Assembly: GCA_016181905.1 (NCBI GenBank)
Contig: JACOYM010000002.1
Location: forward strand, 1 to 24,148
From: Candidatus Pacearchaeota archaeon
GTDB taxonomy: Archaea > Nanobdellota > Nanobdellia > Pacearchaeales > GW2011-AR1
Length of the DNA stretch: 24,148 bases
Direction: 5' to 3'
The notes under the pieces are model-generated. The model searched no databases. It had not been told where the DNA came from and saw nothing but the letters and a program-made list of their open reading frames with translations. Below, piece after piece: positions 7,578 through 16,075 of the stretch (position 1 is its first letter; each line of letters starts with the position of its first letter). A program made the position numbers and the translations under genes.

Positions 7578-9380
7578 ATGACGAATATTGCATTAGTGGG
7601 ATGCGGCTATTGGGGCAAGAATTATATTAACACCCTGAGAGACATAGATGATGTAAATATAAAATATGTATGTGATTTAAAAGAAGAAAATCTAACCCCT
7701 CTCAGAAAAAAGCTGCAGAATTCTTTGTTTTTCCATGATTACGGGGATATTCTAAAGTATTCGGATATCGATGGCGTGATAATTGCCACCCCTACAGCAA
7801 CGCATTTTAAGGTTGCCAAAGATTTTTTAGAGGCAGGAAAGAATGTGCTTGTTGAAAAACCTCTTACAAACAGCTCAAAAGACGCAGAAATTCTCTGCAA
7901 TATTGCAGATAAAAACAACCTTGTGCTGATGGTTGGGCACATATTTAGGTACAATCCTGCAATAACCAAAATAAAAGAGCTTATAGACTCTGGGGAGCTT
8001 GGAGAATTAAGGTATATAGAATCAAGAAGAGTAGGATTGGGGCCAATAAGGCAGGATGTAAGTGTTCTTTGGGACTTGGCAACCCATGATGTTTACATTT
8101 CTAATTTTTTAGTTGGGGGCACTCCCCAAAAAGTAAGCTGCATAGGAATCTCGCACAATAAAAACATAGATGACATAACAAATGCCAGCCTTGTTTATAG
8201 CAATGGAGTCTTCTCAACAATATATGCAAACTGGGGGCATCCTGTAAAAGAGAGAAAGCTTTATGTTGGCGGAACTAAAAAAGCGGTTCTATTTGATGAT
8301 GTAGAGCCGGTAAACAAAATTATTATTTTTGACAAGGGGGTAACATACACCCCTTCTGTTTCAGGTTTTTCAGAGTTTGTAGCGGCAACAAGAGACGGCG
8401 ATGTGCATATTCCAAAAATTCAAAATAAGCCTCCTTTAAAAGAGGAGATAGAGCATTTTTTAAGATGCATCTCAAAAAAGGAAGCCTGCAAAACTAATGG
8501 CAGGGAGGGGCTTGAAACAGTAAGGGTATTGGAAAGCGCAGAAATGTCGAGAAAGAGATGCGGTGTGGAGATTTGCCTTGGCAAATGTTATATCACCCAG
8601 ATGGCAGATTATCTGCTCAATTTTATGATAGATGAAGAGTTATTAAATGAAGCCTCTGAATTTTTAGGCATGCCCAAAGAGGAGATTTTGAGAGGATTTG
8701 AAGAAGCGAGCAAGAAATATCCTGGATTTTTAAAATGGACGCATGTTTCAGAGGAAGAGTGGATTGAGAAGAAGATAAACCAGAATGATGAAAAAGAGGT
8801 TGCAAAATTCTATCAGGAAACGCCCAATTATATTTTTGAATTGATTGAGTTTCATTCAACCTCTGACAAGAAAAGGCTTGTTCAAAAGGCAGTTGAGGTA
8901 ATGAAGAAAAATAATGCCAAGAAGGTTGCTGATTATGGCGCAGGCATTGGGCAGGACGCAATAATGCATTCTATGGGGGGGATGGATGCCACTGCGGTGG
9001 ACTTGCCGGGAAAGACATTTGATTTTGCAAAATTCAGGTTTAGGAAAAGAGGGCTAAACATAAATGCAATAGACATAATTCCTGGAGAAATGCCATTAAA
9101 GGAAAAATATGATGCTATAACCTGTTTTGAGGTTATACAGCATCTGCCAGATCCTGAAAAAGCCATTGAGCATTTTTATGAGCATCTAAATGAGGGCGGC
9201 TTGTTGCTGTTAACAGCAAGATTTAAAGGGAATTATGCCCTTGCCCTGAAAGAAAATGAGAGGTATCATTCAAGTTTTGATGACATAATTAAAAGCAAGG
9301 GATTCAAGCAGATAGAAAAAATTCACATGTGGGGGCCTGAGGGGGAAAAAGGAAAATACCTGGATGTTTATAAAAAATGA
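7578..9380 (+). CDS. Gfo/Idh/MocA oxidoreductase (WlbA/WbpB-like) fused to a class I SAM-dependent methyltransferase
   Basis: N-terminal: VGCGYWG, VLVEKPL, MVGHIFRYNP, DLATHD. C-terminal from M350 (nt 8625): DYGAGIG, YDAITCFEVIQHLPDP. TATA at 7549-7556. Confidence 0.9.
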   Translation: MTNIALVGCGYWGKNYINTLRDIDDVNIKYVCDLKEENLTPLRKKLQNSLFFHDYGDILKYSDIDGVIIATPTATHFKVAKDFLEAGKNVLVEKPLTNSSKDAEILCNIADKNNLVLMVGHIFRYNPAITKIKELIDSGELGELRYIESRRVGLGPIRQDVSVLWDLATHDVYISNFLVGGTPQKVSCIGISHNKNIDDITNASLVYSNGVFSTIYANWGHPVKERKLYVGGTKKAVLFDDVEPVNKIIIFDKGVTYTPSVSGFSEFVAATRDGDVHIPKIQNKPPLKEEIEHFLRCISKKEACKTNGREGLETVRVLESAEMSRKRCGVEICLGKCYITQMADYLLNFMIDEELLNEASEFLGMPKEEILRGFEEASKKYPGFLKWTHVSEEEWIEKKINQNDEKEVAKFYQETPNYIFELIEFHSTSDKKRLVQKAVEVMKKNNAKKVADYGAGIGQDAIMHSMGGMDATAVDLPGKTFDFAKFRFRKRGLNINAIDIIPGEMPLKEKYDAITCFEVIQHLPDPEKAIEHFYEHLNEGGLLLLTARFKGNYALALKENERYHSSFDDIIKSKGFKQIEKIHMWGPEGEKGKYLDVYKK

Positions 9381-9874
9381 ATGAGAATTATTCGTTTATT
9401 GCTGAAGATGCTGAAATAGGAGAGGGCTCAAAAATCTGGAGATTCTGCAATATCTTCAGGTGCAAGATAGGAAAGAACACCCAGATAGGAAGCTATAATG
9501 AGATTAAAGAGGGGGCTTCTATAGGGGATAATTGCAGGTTTCAGGGCTATGTTTTTATAAGTGATGGCGCGCAGATTGGAAATTATGTTTTTATAGGGCC
9601 GGGAGCAACGCTCTTAACAGATAAGTATCCGACAGCAAAGAAGGCAATAGAAAAAAGGTGGAAAATAGACAGGATTATTGTTGGAGATGAAGTTGTTATA
9701 GGCGGGGGGGCAGTTATCCTGCCAGGTGTCAAGATTGGAAATAATGCTGTTATCGGGGCGGGCAGCGTCGTTACTAAAGATGTGCCAGCTTGCGCTATTG
9801 TATGCGGAAATCCCGCGAAAGTAATAGGGAGTGTAAATGATAAAAAATACAAAGAAAACTTTGAATGTCAGTAA
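9377..9874 (+). CDS. Hexapeptide-repeat (left-handed beta-helix) sugar N-acyltransferase, WlbB/WbpD/WxcM-like
   Basis: Repeated [LIV]G hexapeptides, KIWRF, VFIGPG, IGAGSVVTKDVP, GNPAKVI. ATGA overlap with the upstream stop. Confidence 0.9.
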   Translation: MNENYSFIAEDAEIGEGSKIWRFCNIFRCKIGKNTQIGSYNEIKEGASIGDNCRFQGYVFISDGAQIGNYVFIGPGATLLTDKYPTAKKAIEKRWKIDRIIVGDEVVIGGGAVILPGVKIGNNAVIGAGSVVTKDVPACAIVCGNPAKVIGSVNDKKYKENFECQ

Positions 9875-9877
9875 AAA

Positions 9878-10999
9878 ATGAAGGTCCCATTTGTTGATTT
9901 AAATCGAGTGCATAACCCATTAAGAGAAGAGCTAAACCAAGCCATTAATAGAGTCATTAATGATAACTCTTACATTCTCGGAAAAGAAGTTGAGGAATTT
10001 GAGAAGAACTTTGCAGCATATTGCGATGTTGGCTATGCTGCTGGCGTTTCAACAGGAACAGATGCATTAGAACTTATATTGAGGGGATTGGGCATAGAAA
10101 ATGGAGATGAGGTTATAGTCCCTGCAAATACATTCATTGCAACTGCTTCTGCTATTGTGTCTGCTGGGGCAAAGCCTGTTCTTGTAGACTGTGATGAGGA
10201 TTACAATATTGATGCAACTAAAATTGAATCTGCAATAACAAGCAAAACAAAGGCAATCGTGCCAGTTCATCTTTATGGCAAGCCTGCGCATATGAACAAA
10301 ATAATGGAGATAGCCAAAAAGCACAACCTAAAGGTTATAGAGGATGCATGCCAGGCTCATGGTGCAAAATACGATGGGGAAAAGGCAGGAAGCTTTGGGG
10401 ATGCTGCTGCTTTTTCATTTTATCCTGCAAAAAATCTGGGGGCTTTTGGGGACGCAGGAATTGCTGTTTCCAATGACAAAGAATTGATTGAAAAAATAAA
10501 AATGCTGAGAAATTACGGGCAAAGCAAGAAGTATCATCATAACTTTTTTGCCTTTAATAGAAGAATGGACACTATTCAGGCAGCAATACTGAATATAAAA
10601 CTCAAGCATCTTGATGAATGGAATGAGCAAAGAAGGAAAATTGCCAGCATTTATTCAAGAGGTTTAGAAAACTTAAAAGGAATTGTTGAAATACCCGAAG
10701 AAGATAAAAATAAGGAGCACATTTATCATCTTTATGTCATAAGAACTGAAAAAAGAGAGGAGCTGCAAAACTTTCTTAAAGAAAAAGGGATTGACACAGG
10801 GATTCATTATCCCCTGCCTATTCACCTGCAAGAGGCATTTCGCCATTTGGGCTATAAAGAGGGAGACTTCCCAAGAACTGAAGAATATGCAAAACAAATC
10901 TTGTCTTTGCCTGTTTTTCCTGGAATGGCTGATGAGGAAGCAAAAAATGTTGTGAATGAAATAAAAAGTTTTTTTGATAATAATACTAAATCTGATTGA
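9878..10999 (+). CDS. DegT/DnrJ/EryC1/StrS PLP-dependent sugar aminotransferase
   Basis: [38 protein letters not shown] (PLP lysine), HYPLPIHLQ. Confidence 0.95.
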   Translation: MKVPFVDLNRVHNPLREELNQAINRVINDNSYILGKEVEEFEKNFAAYCDVGYAAGVSTGTDALELILRGLGIENGDEVIVPANTFIATASAIVSAGAKPVLVDCDEDYNIDATKIESAITSKTKAIVPVHLYGKPAHMNKIMEIAKKHNLKVIEDACQAHGAKYDGEKAGSFGDAAAFSFYPAKNLGAFGDAGIAVSNDKELIEKIKMLRNYGQSKKYHHNFFAFNRRMDTIQAAILNIKLKHLDEWNEQRRKIASIYSRGLENLKGIVEIPEEDKNKEHIYHLYVIRTEKREELQNFLKEKGIDTGIHYPLPIHLQEAFRHLGYKEGDFPRTEEYAKQILSLPVFPGMADEEAKNVVNEIKSFFDNNTKSD

Positions 11000-11010
11000 T
11001 GGCGCTAAAT

Positions 11011-11589
11011 TCAATCAGAATAGTCTAATGTTGGCTTAACCCCAAAAGGCTTTCTGAATTTATCTAAGAACCACCCGTAAGGCCTTGATAATATTATATT
11101 TAAGATAACATAAGAGCCCATGGCAATCCCTATCTCTCTCCATGATGCCCCTGAAGATTTTAAAATGCCTGTGTATACTATTCCATTAAAAATTAAACTG
11201 GCCGTGGTGTCTAATAAAAATTTTCTTATTTTACCGCTTTTTTCATCTGCTTTGAAAATGTAGTCTGCGTAAAATTGCCTCCATATTCCGAAGGGGCGCC
11301 CTAAAATAAAACCAAGAGGAATGCTGATTAACCTTGCTTTTAATGTTGTATACGGGCCCATCCCTGCAATAACTAATTCATTAAACGCCAGCGCTGGCGT
11401 GTAAAAAACATTTATTGCTATGCTGTCTACCAGCCAATTTTTAATCTTTCTTTGAAAATTAGTCCGGGTTAGCCATTTTTTTAAATTAGTTTTTTTAACT
11501 TTTCTATTAGGAATATTCTCTAATTTTTGCATTGTTTTGCTATTTTCCACCTTTAGCAATTTTATCTCTGCTTGTTTTAATTCCTTCAT
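11011..11589 (-). CDS. alaE: L-alanine exporter AlaE (YgaW) family membrane protein
   Basis: Duplicated helical-hairpin pattern: VDSIAINVFY...ELVIAGM...ARLISIP...GRPFGIWR, then LDTTASLIF...VYxxIL..SGASW.EI...RPYGWFLDKFRK.FGV, matching AlaE. TATA-like box at 11611-11618. Confidence 0.8.
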   Translation of the reverse strand: MKELKQAEIKLLKVENSKTMQKLENIPNRKVKKTNLKKWLTRTNFQRKIKNWLVDSIAINVFYTPALAFNELVIAGMGPYTTLKARLISIPLGFILGRPFGIWRQFYADYIFKADEKSGKIRKFLLDTTASLIFNGIVYTGILKSSGASWREIGIAMGSYVILNIILSRPYGWFLDKFRKPFGVKPTLDYSD

Positions 11590-11718
11590 ACCCCCACAAT
11601 CAACACCATATTAATAAACTTTGTGACAAAAAAAATGTGCCGCCCAATCCTAAAGTAGGCGGTTTTCGCATAGCATTTCTGGCATAACAATTCTTAAAAA
11701 CCCTATCTTCACAATAAT

Positions 11719-11755
11719 ATAGGAAACGCATTAAATATTCTCGGGCGTTTCCTAT
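11719..11755. promoter_or_regulatory. Perfect 11-bp inverted repeat enclosing a TATA-like box
   Basis: ATAGGAAACGC (11719-11729) / GCGTTTCCTAT (11745-11755). The 15-nt spacer contains TTAAATA. Lies in the divergent alaE / radical SAM #2 intergenic region. Confidence 0.6.
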
Positions 11756-11809
11756 CTATCAAATGCATAAAAACTCGCAAAAATATAATGCGTTAGATAT
11801 AATACAAAA

Positions 11810-13225
11810 ATGAAAAAAGCAAGAATATTTTTAGCAGAGGCATCGCTTGAGGAGCAAAATATCGGAAGGGGGGAGCATAGCGAAAGCAATAATGCGCACT
11901 ATCCTGTTGGGCTGACTTACCTTGATGCTGCATTAAGGAGAAATGGCTATGAGGTTCTGACAAAGGATTATACACTATGGAGAGAATTCAGGTGCCTTGA
12001 AGACATTAGAAATGTAGTTGAAACATTCAAGCCGCAGTTTATCGGATTTTCTGTAATGACAATGACAAGGGCTTCAACATTCAAGGCAATAAAACTGATA
12101 AAAAGCATTGACAAAAATATAAAAATAGCTCTTGGAGGAATTCATCCAAATGTTATGTATAAGCAATTGCTTGAAAACTTAGAGATTGATGCTGTCTGCC
12201 TTGGCGAGGGTGATGAAAGCTTAGTTGAATTGTGCGATGCATGGGTTAAGAACAAGCCAATAGGCAAGATTAAGGGAATTGCATTCAAGAAGGGCAATAA
12301 TGTTATTGTGACTGCGCAAAGGGAATTAAGGAGGGATTTGAACAATATTCCTTTTCCGAGCTATGACATATTTATGAAGCCAGAGATAAGGCATGTCCTG
12401 ATGATAACATCAAGGGGGTGCCCGAACAAATGCACATTCTGCTGCCTTGATATTTTGAGCAGGAGATTGTGGAGGCCAAGGAGCCCGAAAAATATTGTTG
12501 ATGAGGTTGAATATGTTGTTAAAAAATACCCCTGGGTTGAAAGGATTGAGTTTATAGACGATACATTCACACTGGACAACCATAGGGTTATAGAGATATG
12601 CAAGGAGATAATAAAAAGAGGCATTAAAATAAAATTCCAGTGCCAGGGAAGGATAAAGCCTGTTTCAAGAGAGATGTTTTTCTGGATGGAAAAGGCGGGG
12701 TTTGACCAGATTGGGTTTGGGATAGAGACAGGAAGCAGGAAGATTCTTGCAACAATTAATAAAGGCATAACACAGGAGGACTGCGTAAATGCATTAAAAA
12801 TTCTTCGCGAGTTTAAAAAGCTCAAGGTGGCAAAATATTTGATTGTTGGGCTGCCTGGAGAGACATGGGAAACTGTAACGGAAACCATAGATTTTATCAA
12901 AAAGCTGCAGAGAATAAAGAGAATGGAGTATTTTTATGCCTCTCCGCTGTGGGTTTATCCAGGGACAGCGGTTTATGAGCTGGCAAAATCCAGAGGAGTA
13001 ATAGATGACAGCTACTGGATAAGCGACAAGCCATGCCCCCTGTTTACTCTGGAGCATCCAGCAGAGGAGCTGATAAAGATGTCAAACAAGATTGCATTTG
13101 AAACCATGCTTGCCCAGGAGGGAATACTGATTGTAAAGGAATTTATAAAAAGGGTAATAAAAAGCCCAAAATATTACATAAAAAGATTTCTGGTTGGAAC
13201 GACTAATTTGAGAGGATTTAGCTAA
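11810..13225 (+). CDS. Cobalamin-binding radical SAM protein #2
   Basis: YPVGLTYL, GGIHP, GEGD, SRGCPNKCTFC, IDDTF, GIETGS, YLIVGLPGET, VYPGTAVY. Confidence 0.9.
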   Translation: MKKARIFLAEASLEEQNIGRGEHSESNNAHYPVGLTYLDAALRRNGYEVLTKDYTLWREFRCLEDIRNVVETFKPQFIGFSVMTMTRASTFKAIKLIKSIDKNIKIALGGIHPNVMYKQLLENLEIDAVCLGEGDESLVELCDAWVKNKPIGKIKGIAFKKGNNVIVTAQRELRRDLNNIPFPSYDIFMKPEIRHVLMITSRGCPNKCTFCCLDILSRRLWRPRSPKNIVDEVEYVVKKYPWVERIEFIDDTFTLDNHRVIEICKEIIKRGIKIKFQCQGRIKPVSREMFFWMEKAGFDQIGFGIETGSRKILATINKGITQEDCVNALKILREFKKLKVAKYLIVGLPGETWETVTETIDFIKKLQRIKRMEYFYASPLWVYPGTAVYELAKSRGVIDDSYWISDKPCPLFTLEHPAEELIKMSNKIAFETMLAQEGILIVKEFIKRVIKSPKYYIKRFLVGTTNLRGFS

Positions 13226-13232
13226 TTAAACT

Positions 13233-14111
13233 CTAAATTATATTATTTTTTATGAGTTTATTGACTACCTTATTTATTCTATTTATTACAGATTTTTTAA
13301 TTTTTTTGGTGGTGAATATATCTATTATAAAAAGAATAATCCCCCCAATTAAAAAAGCGAGCATATACCCCCAAATACCCTTATACCAAGGTTCAATTTC
13401 ATATATTATATTATACCAGTTTCCTTGTTTTTCCTTAACCCAAATAACCCATTGCTTATTTGCAGACATGGTTGGAAAAAGATTCCCTTCTAATTTAGAT
13501 AGTATGGCATTTTGAGGGAGGATTATTGCCTTTTCTCCAACATAACTCCATGAATCAAGTCCAATAAAGGTATGGAAATCTCCTTGTTTAACGATAAAAT
13601 TTTTTATATTATATTTTATCAGAATAGCATATCTATCCTTTATGTTAAGAGTGGGTGCATTCAATACTTTACTACACCTAAAAGATATTTCACTATAATT
13701 TTCATTACCTGCACCATACAAATATTCCCTTCTATTACAAGTCAATGGTATTTCTGTTTCTTTGACATCACATTTTTTTTCAGCAGTATAACCGGGATTT
13801 TCTATTTCCCCCTTACATAAGCTTACGATTGGTTCTGAAATACTATCATTTTTGATATGCTTAACATTATCTGCAGGATATATGTAAATTGAAAGATTAA
13901 TGGTTTTATTACTTATATTCTCAAGCCAAAATTCTATCCCAATAATTGAGTCAATAGTATCATTTTTATTAATATAAATAAATTCCCCTACCCTTTCAAA
14001 ATTAATAGCCCCACCATCTTGCAAATTGATGCTTATTAGGCTTGCTCCAGCTATATTCACGAAAAAGAAAGGTGAAATAAGTAGTATAATATAAAGATAG
14101 TTTCTAATCAT
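13233..14111 (-). CDS. Orphan exported protein with N-terminal signal/TM and C-terminal TM anchor
   Basis: Hydrophobic N-terminus (YLYIILLISPFFFVNIAGA), beta-rich body, C-terminal TM (IWGYMLAFLIGGIILFII) followed by a Lys-rich tail. Six N-x-S/T sequons. TATA at 14133-14140. Confidence 0.7.
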   Translation of the reverse strand: MIRNYLYIILLISPFFFVNIAGASLISINLQDGGAINFERVGEFIYINKNDTIDSIIGIEFWLENISNKTINLSIYIYPADNVKHIKNDSISEPIVSLCKGEIENPGYTAEKKCDVKETEIPLTCNRREYLYGAGNENYSEISFRCSKVLNAPTLNIKDRYAILIKYNIKNFIVKQGDFHTFIGLDSWSYVGEKAIILPQNAILSKLEGNLFPTMSANKQWVIWVKEKQGNWYNIIYEIEPWYKGIWGYMLAFLIGGIILFIIDIFTTKKIKKSVINRINKVVNKLIKNNII

Positions 14112-14250
14112 GTACTACTCAATAAAACATATTTTATAAATTTTTGTTTATAGTATGTCATTTGATTATAATTAGTGCTCATCTCTGTCCTTAAAATATA
14201 ATGCCTAGAGTATTTTCGTAAAAAGCTAAGCCAACTAAAATCCATCAAGA

Positions 14251-15948
14251 TCAAAACCCTTTTTTCAGCCTGTTCATCTTGTTTTTGTCATAGACAGCAT
14301 CCTTTAGTGCATTAAAAATAAAGCTTTTTCCTTTCAGTGCCTCAATAACAAGCATGAGAAGATAGCCTGAGAATAATTTTTTCTGGCGGCTCAGGGAATA
14401 AAGCCTGTTCAGAAAAAGCATCTGGAATGCTTCTTTCATGTATTTATAGTCAATGGCATTTGCAGTGTCTGGCATCTTTTTTATTTCAACAAGGGGGATT
14501 GAGATAAAAACAGTGTTTTTTTCAGTTATAAGATTAAACCCCCTGTTTTCAAGGAATTTTCTGAAATGGCTGATATTCTGCAGAAAGAAATCTTTTCTTG
14601 ACATTATCTGAGAGATGCCAAGAAGCCTGTCAAACTTACTTTTGGGCAGTTTAATGAAGCTTAGATTTGCCTTGAAAAGCATATAATTTCCAATCTGTTT
14701 GGAATGAACATAATAATCACAGCAGCTGATTTGCTTTCCTGACTTTTTCAGGGAGTATGCCTGAATAAAGTTTCGCAGGGGATGAACCTTTGCTGTTGTA
14801 TCAGCATTAAAGCAAACATAATCAAAATTTTCAAGTTTCTGCTTTAGTTCATTCATGCCTTGCTTCAAGTCATTCCCTGAAAGGTATGCAATTTTTTCTT
14901 TTACTTCTGCCTGTGGAAACTTAATTAAAATTTTTTTCTTTTCATTTTCCACCACCTTTCCGAGAAACTCATTGAGCATTGCATCAACAGAATATTTCTT
15001 GACAACTTTTTTGTATGCTGCCTCTGCTATTTTTTCCCTCTCTTTTTCATGTTTCAGGTAGTATTTTACCTTTTCTAGAAGCTCTGCATTATCTTTGAAC
15101 ATGACTATCTCCTTGTCTTTTTCAAAAAAATCAAGATAGTCTGGAAAATAACTTTCCAGCACAAAGGACTTGCAGGCGCTGACTTCAAACGGCCTGCCTT
15201 TTATCTGGGGCTTGGTATCCCCCCCTACAGAAATAGAAAGATTTATCCTGCTCTGGTTTATCTTTTTAATCAGCTCATCTGAATCAAGCGGGCCGTGATA
15301 AATATCCTTAAATTCATCATAATGCCAGTTCTTGCCAAATATATCAACTTTTATGCCATTCTTTATTAAAAATTTAATGCTCTCAATCCTTTCCTTGCCA
15401 GATGTTCCGATAAAAACTACATCATATTTTTTTTCCAGGTTAAGCGGCTTAAAATGCTCCAGATTTACGACAGAAGCAAAAAATATATTTTTAATTCCTT
15501 CTTTTTTGTGCAGTTTTATTGTCCTGTGCCCTGTTGTGACAATATAATCTGAAAGCAAAGCCCAGTATCTCCCATAGTCCTCATATCTCCATGAATCATC
15601 GCTTAACAGATTGAATATTTTTGTTTTTGGGGAAATCTCCTTTAGCTTGAGAAATGTTGAGGGGTCAAACTCATCATAAATCAGCAAAAAGAAGGCATAA
15701 TCCGGCTTTTCCCTTTTTACAAGCTCAAGAAATCTTTTATTCATTTCTTCCTTGCCAAGGCCAAAATAAATCTTTTTTGTCGGGAATGTCACAACCTTGC
15801 CAAATATTTTTTTCATCGGCCTGTACCAGTTGTCATAAGAATACCCCACCTGGGGGTCTTCTGCGTCCCAGTGAGCGAACAGAAGCTTCTTACCCCTGAA
15901 AAAATTCAGAATCTCCTTATGCACCCCTGCCTGCTTTATCTTTTCCAT
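14251..15948 (-). CDS. CgeB-like glycosyltransferase (Glyco_trans_1_2) with a C-terminal extension
   Basis: SDDSWR, YDVVFIG, IFGKNW, SRINLS, KGRPFEVSAC, FEKDKEIVMF, EREKIAEAAYKKV. About 220 extra C-terminal residues. TATA at 15973-15980. Confidence 0.85.
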   Translation of the reverse strand: MEKIKQAGVHKEILNFFRGKKLLFAHWDAEDPQVGYSYDNWYRPMKKIFGKVVTFPTKKIYFGLGKEEMNKRFLELVKREKPDYAFFLLIYDEFDPSTFLKLKEISPKTKIFNLLSDDSWRYEDYGRYWALLSDYIVTTGHRTIKLHKKEGIKNIFFASVVNLEHFKPLNLEKKYDVVFIGTSGKERIESIKFLIKNGIKVDIFGKNWHYDEFKDIYHGPLDSDELIKKINQSRINLSISVGGDTKPQIKGRPFEVSACKSFVLESYFPDYLDFFEKDKEIVMFKDNAELLEKVKYYLKHEKEREKIAEAAYKKVVKKYSVDAMLNEFLGKVVENEKKKILIKFPQAEVKEKIAYLSGNDLKQGMNELKQKLENFDYVCFNADTTAKVHPLRNFIQAYSLKKSGKQISCCDYYVHSKQIGNYMLFKANLSFIKLPKSKFDRLLGISQIMSRKDFFLQNISHFRKFLENRGFNLITEKNTVFISIPLVEIKKMPDTANAIDYKYMKEAFQMLFLNRLYSLSRQKKLFSGYLLMLVIEALKGKSFIFNALKDAVYDKNKMNRLKKGF

Positions 15949-16075
15949 AATTATATAAAATTATGCTTTTCGTTTATAAATCTGTTGCTTAAAGTGCTTT
16001 GGCGCTCCTATGAAAATATTCATTAAAAAAATGCACCACAATAATTTTTAAAAAGCCCTTAAAGCATAGATTAAA

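Noticed and set aside
11640-11662. CCGCC/GGCGG hairpin as a terminator
   Set aside because: 5-bp stem with a poorly paired 13-nt interior, located between divergent gene starts where a terminator is not expected.
14108-14245. 45-aa minus-strand ORF (MDFSWLSFLRK...) filling the intergenic gap, with its TGA overlapping ATG 14111
   Set aside because: No recognisable features, and it runs through the TATA box of the downstream gene. Cannot be supported without conservation or ribosome profiling.
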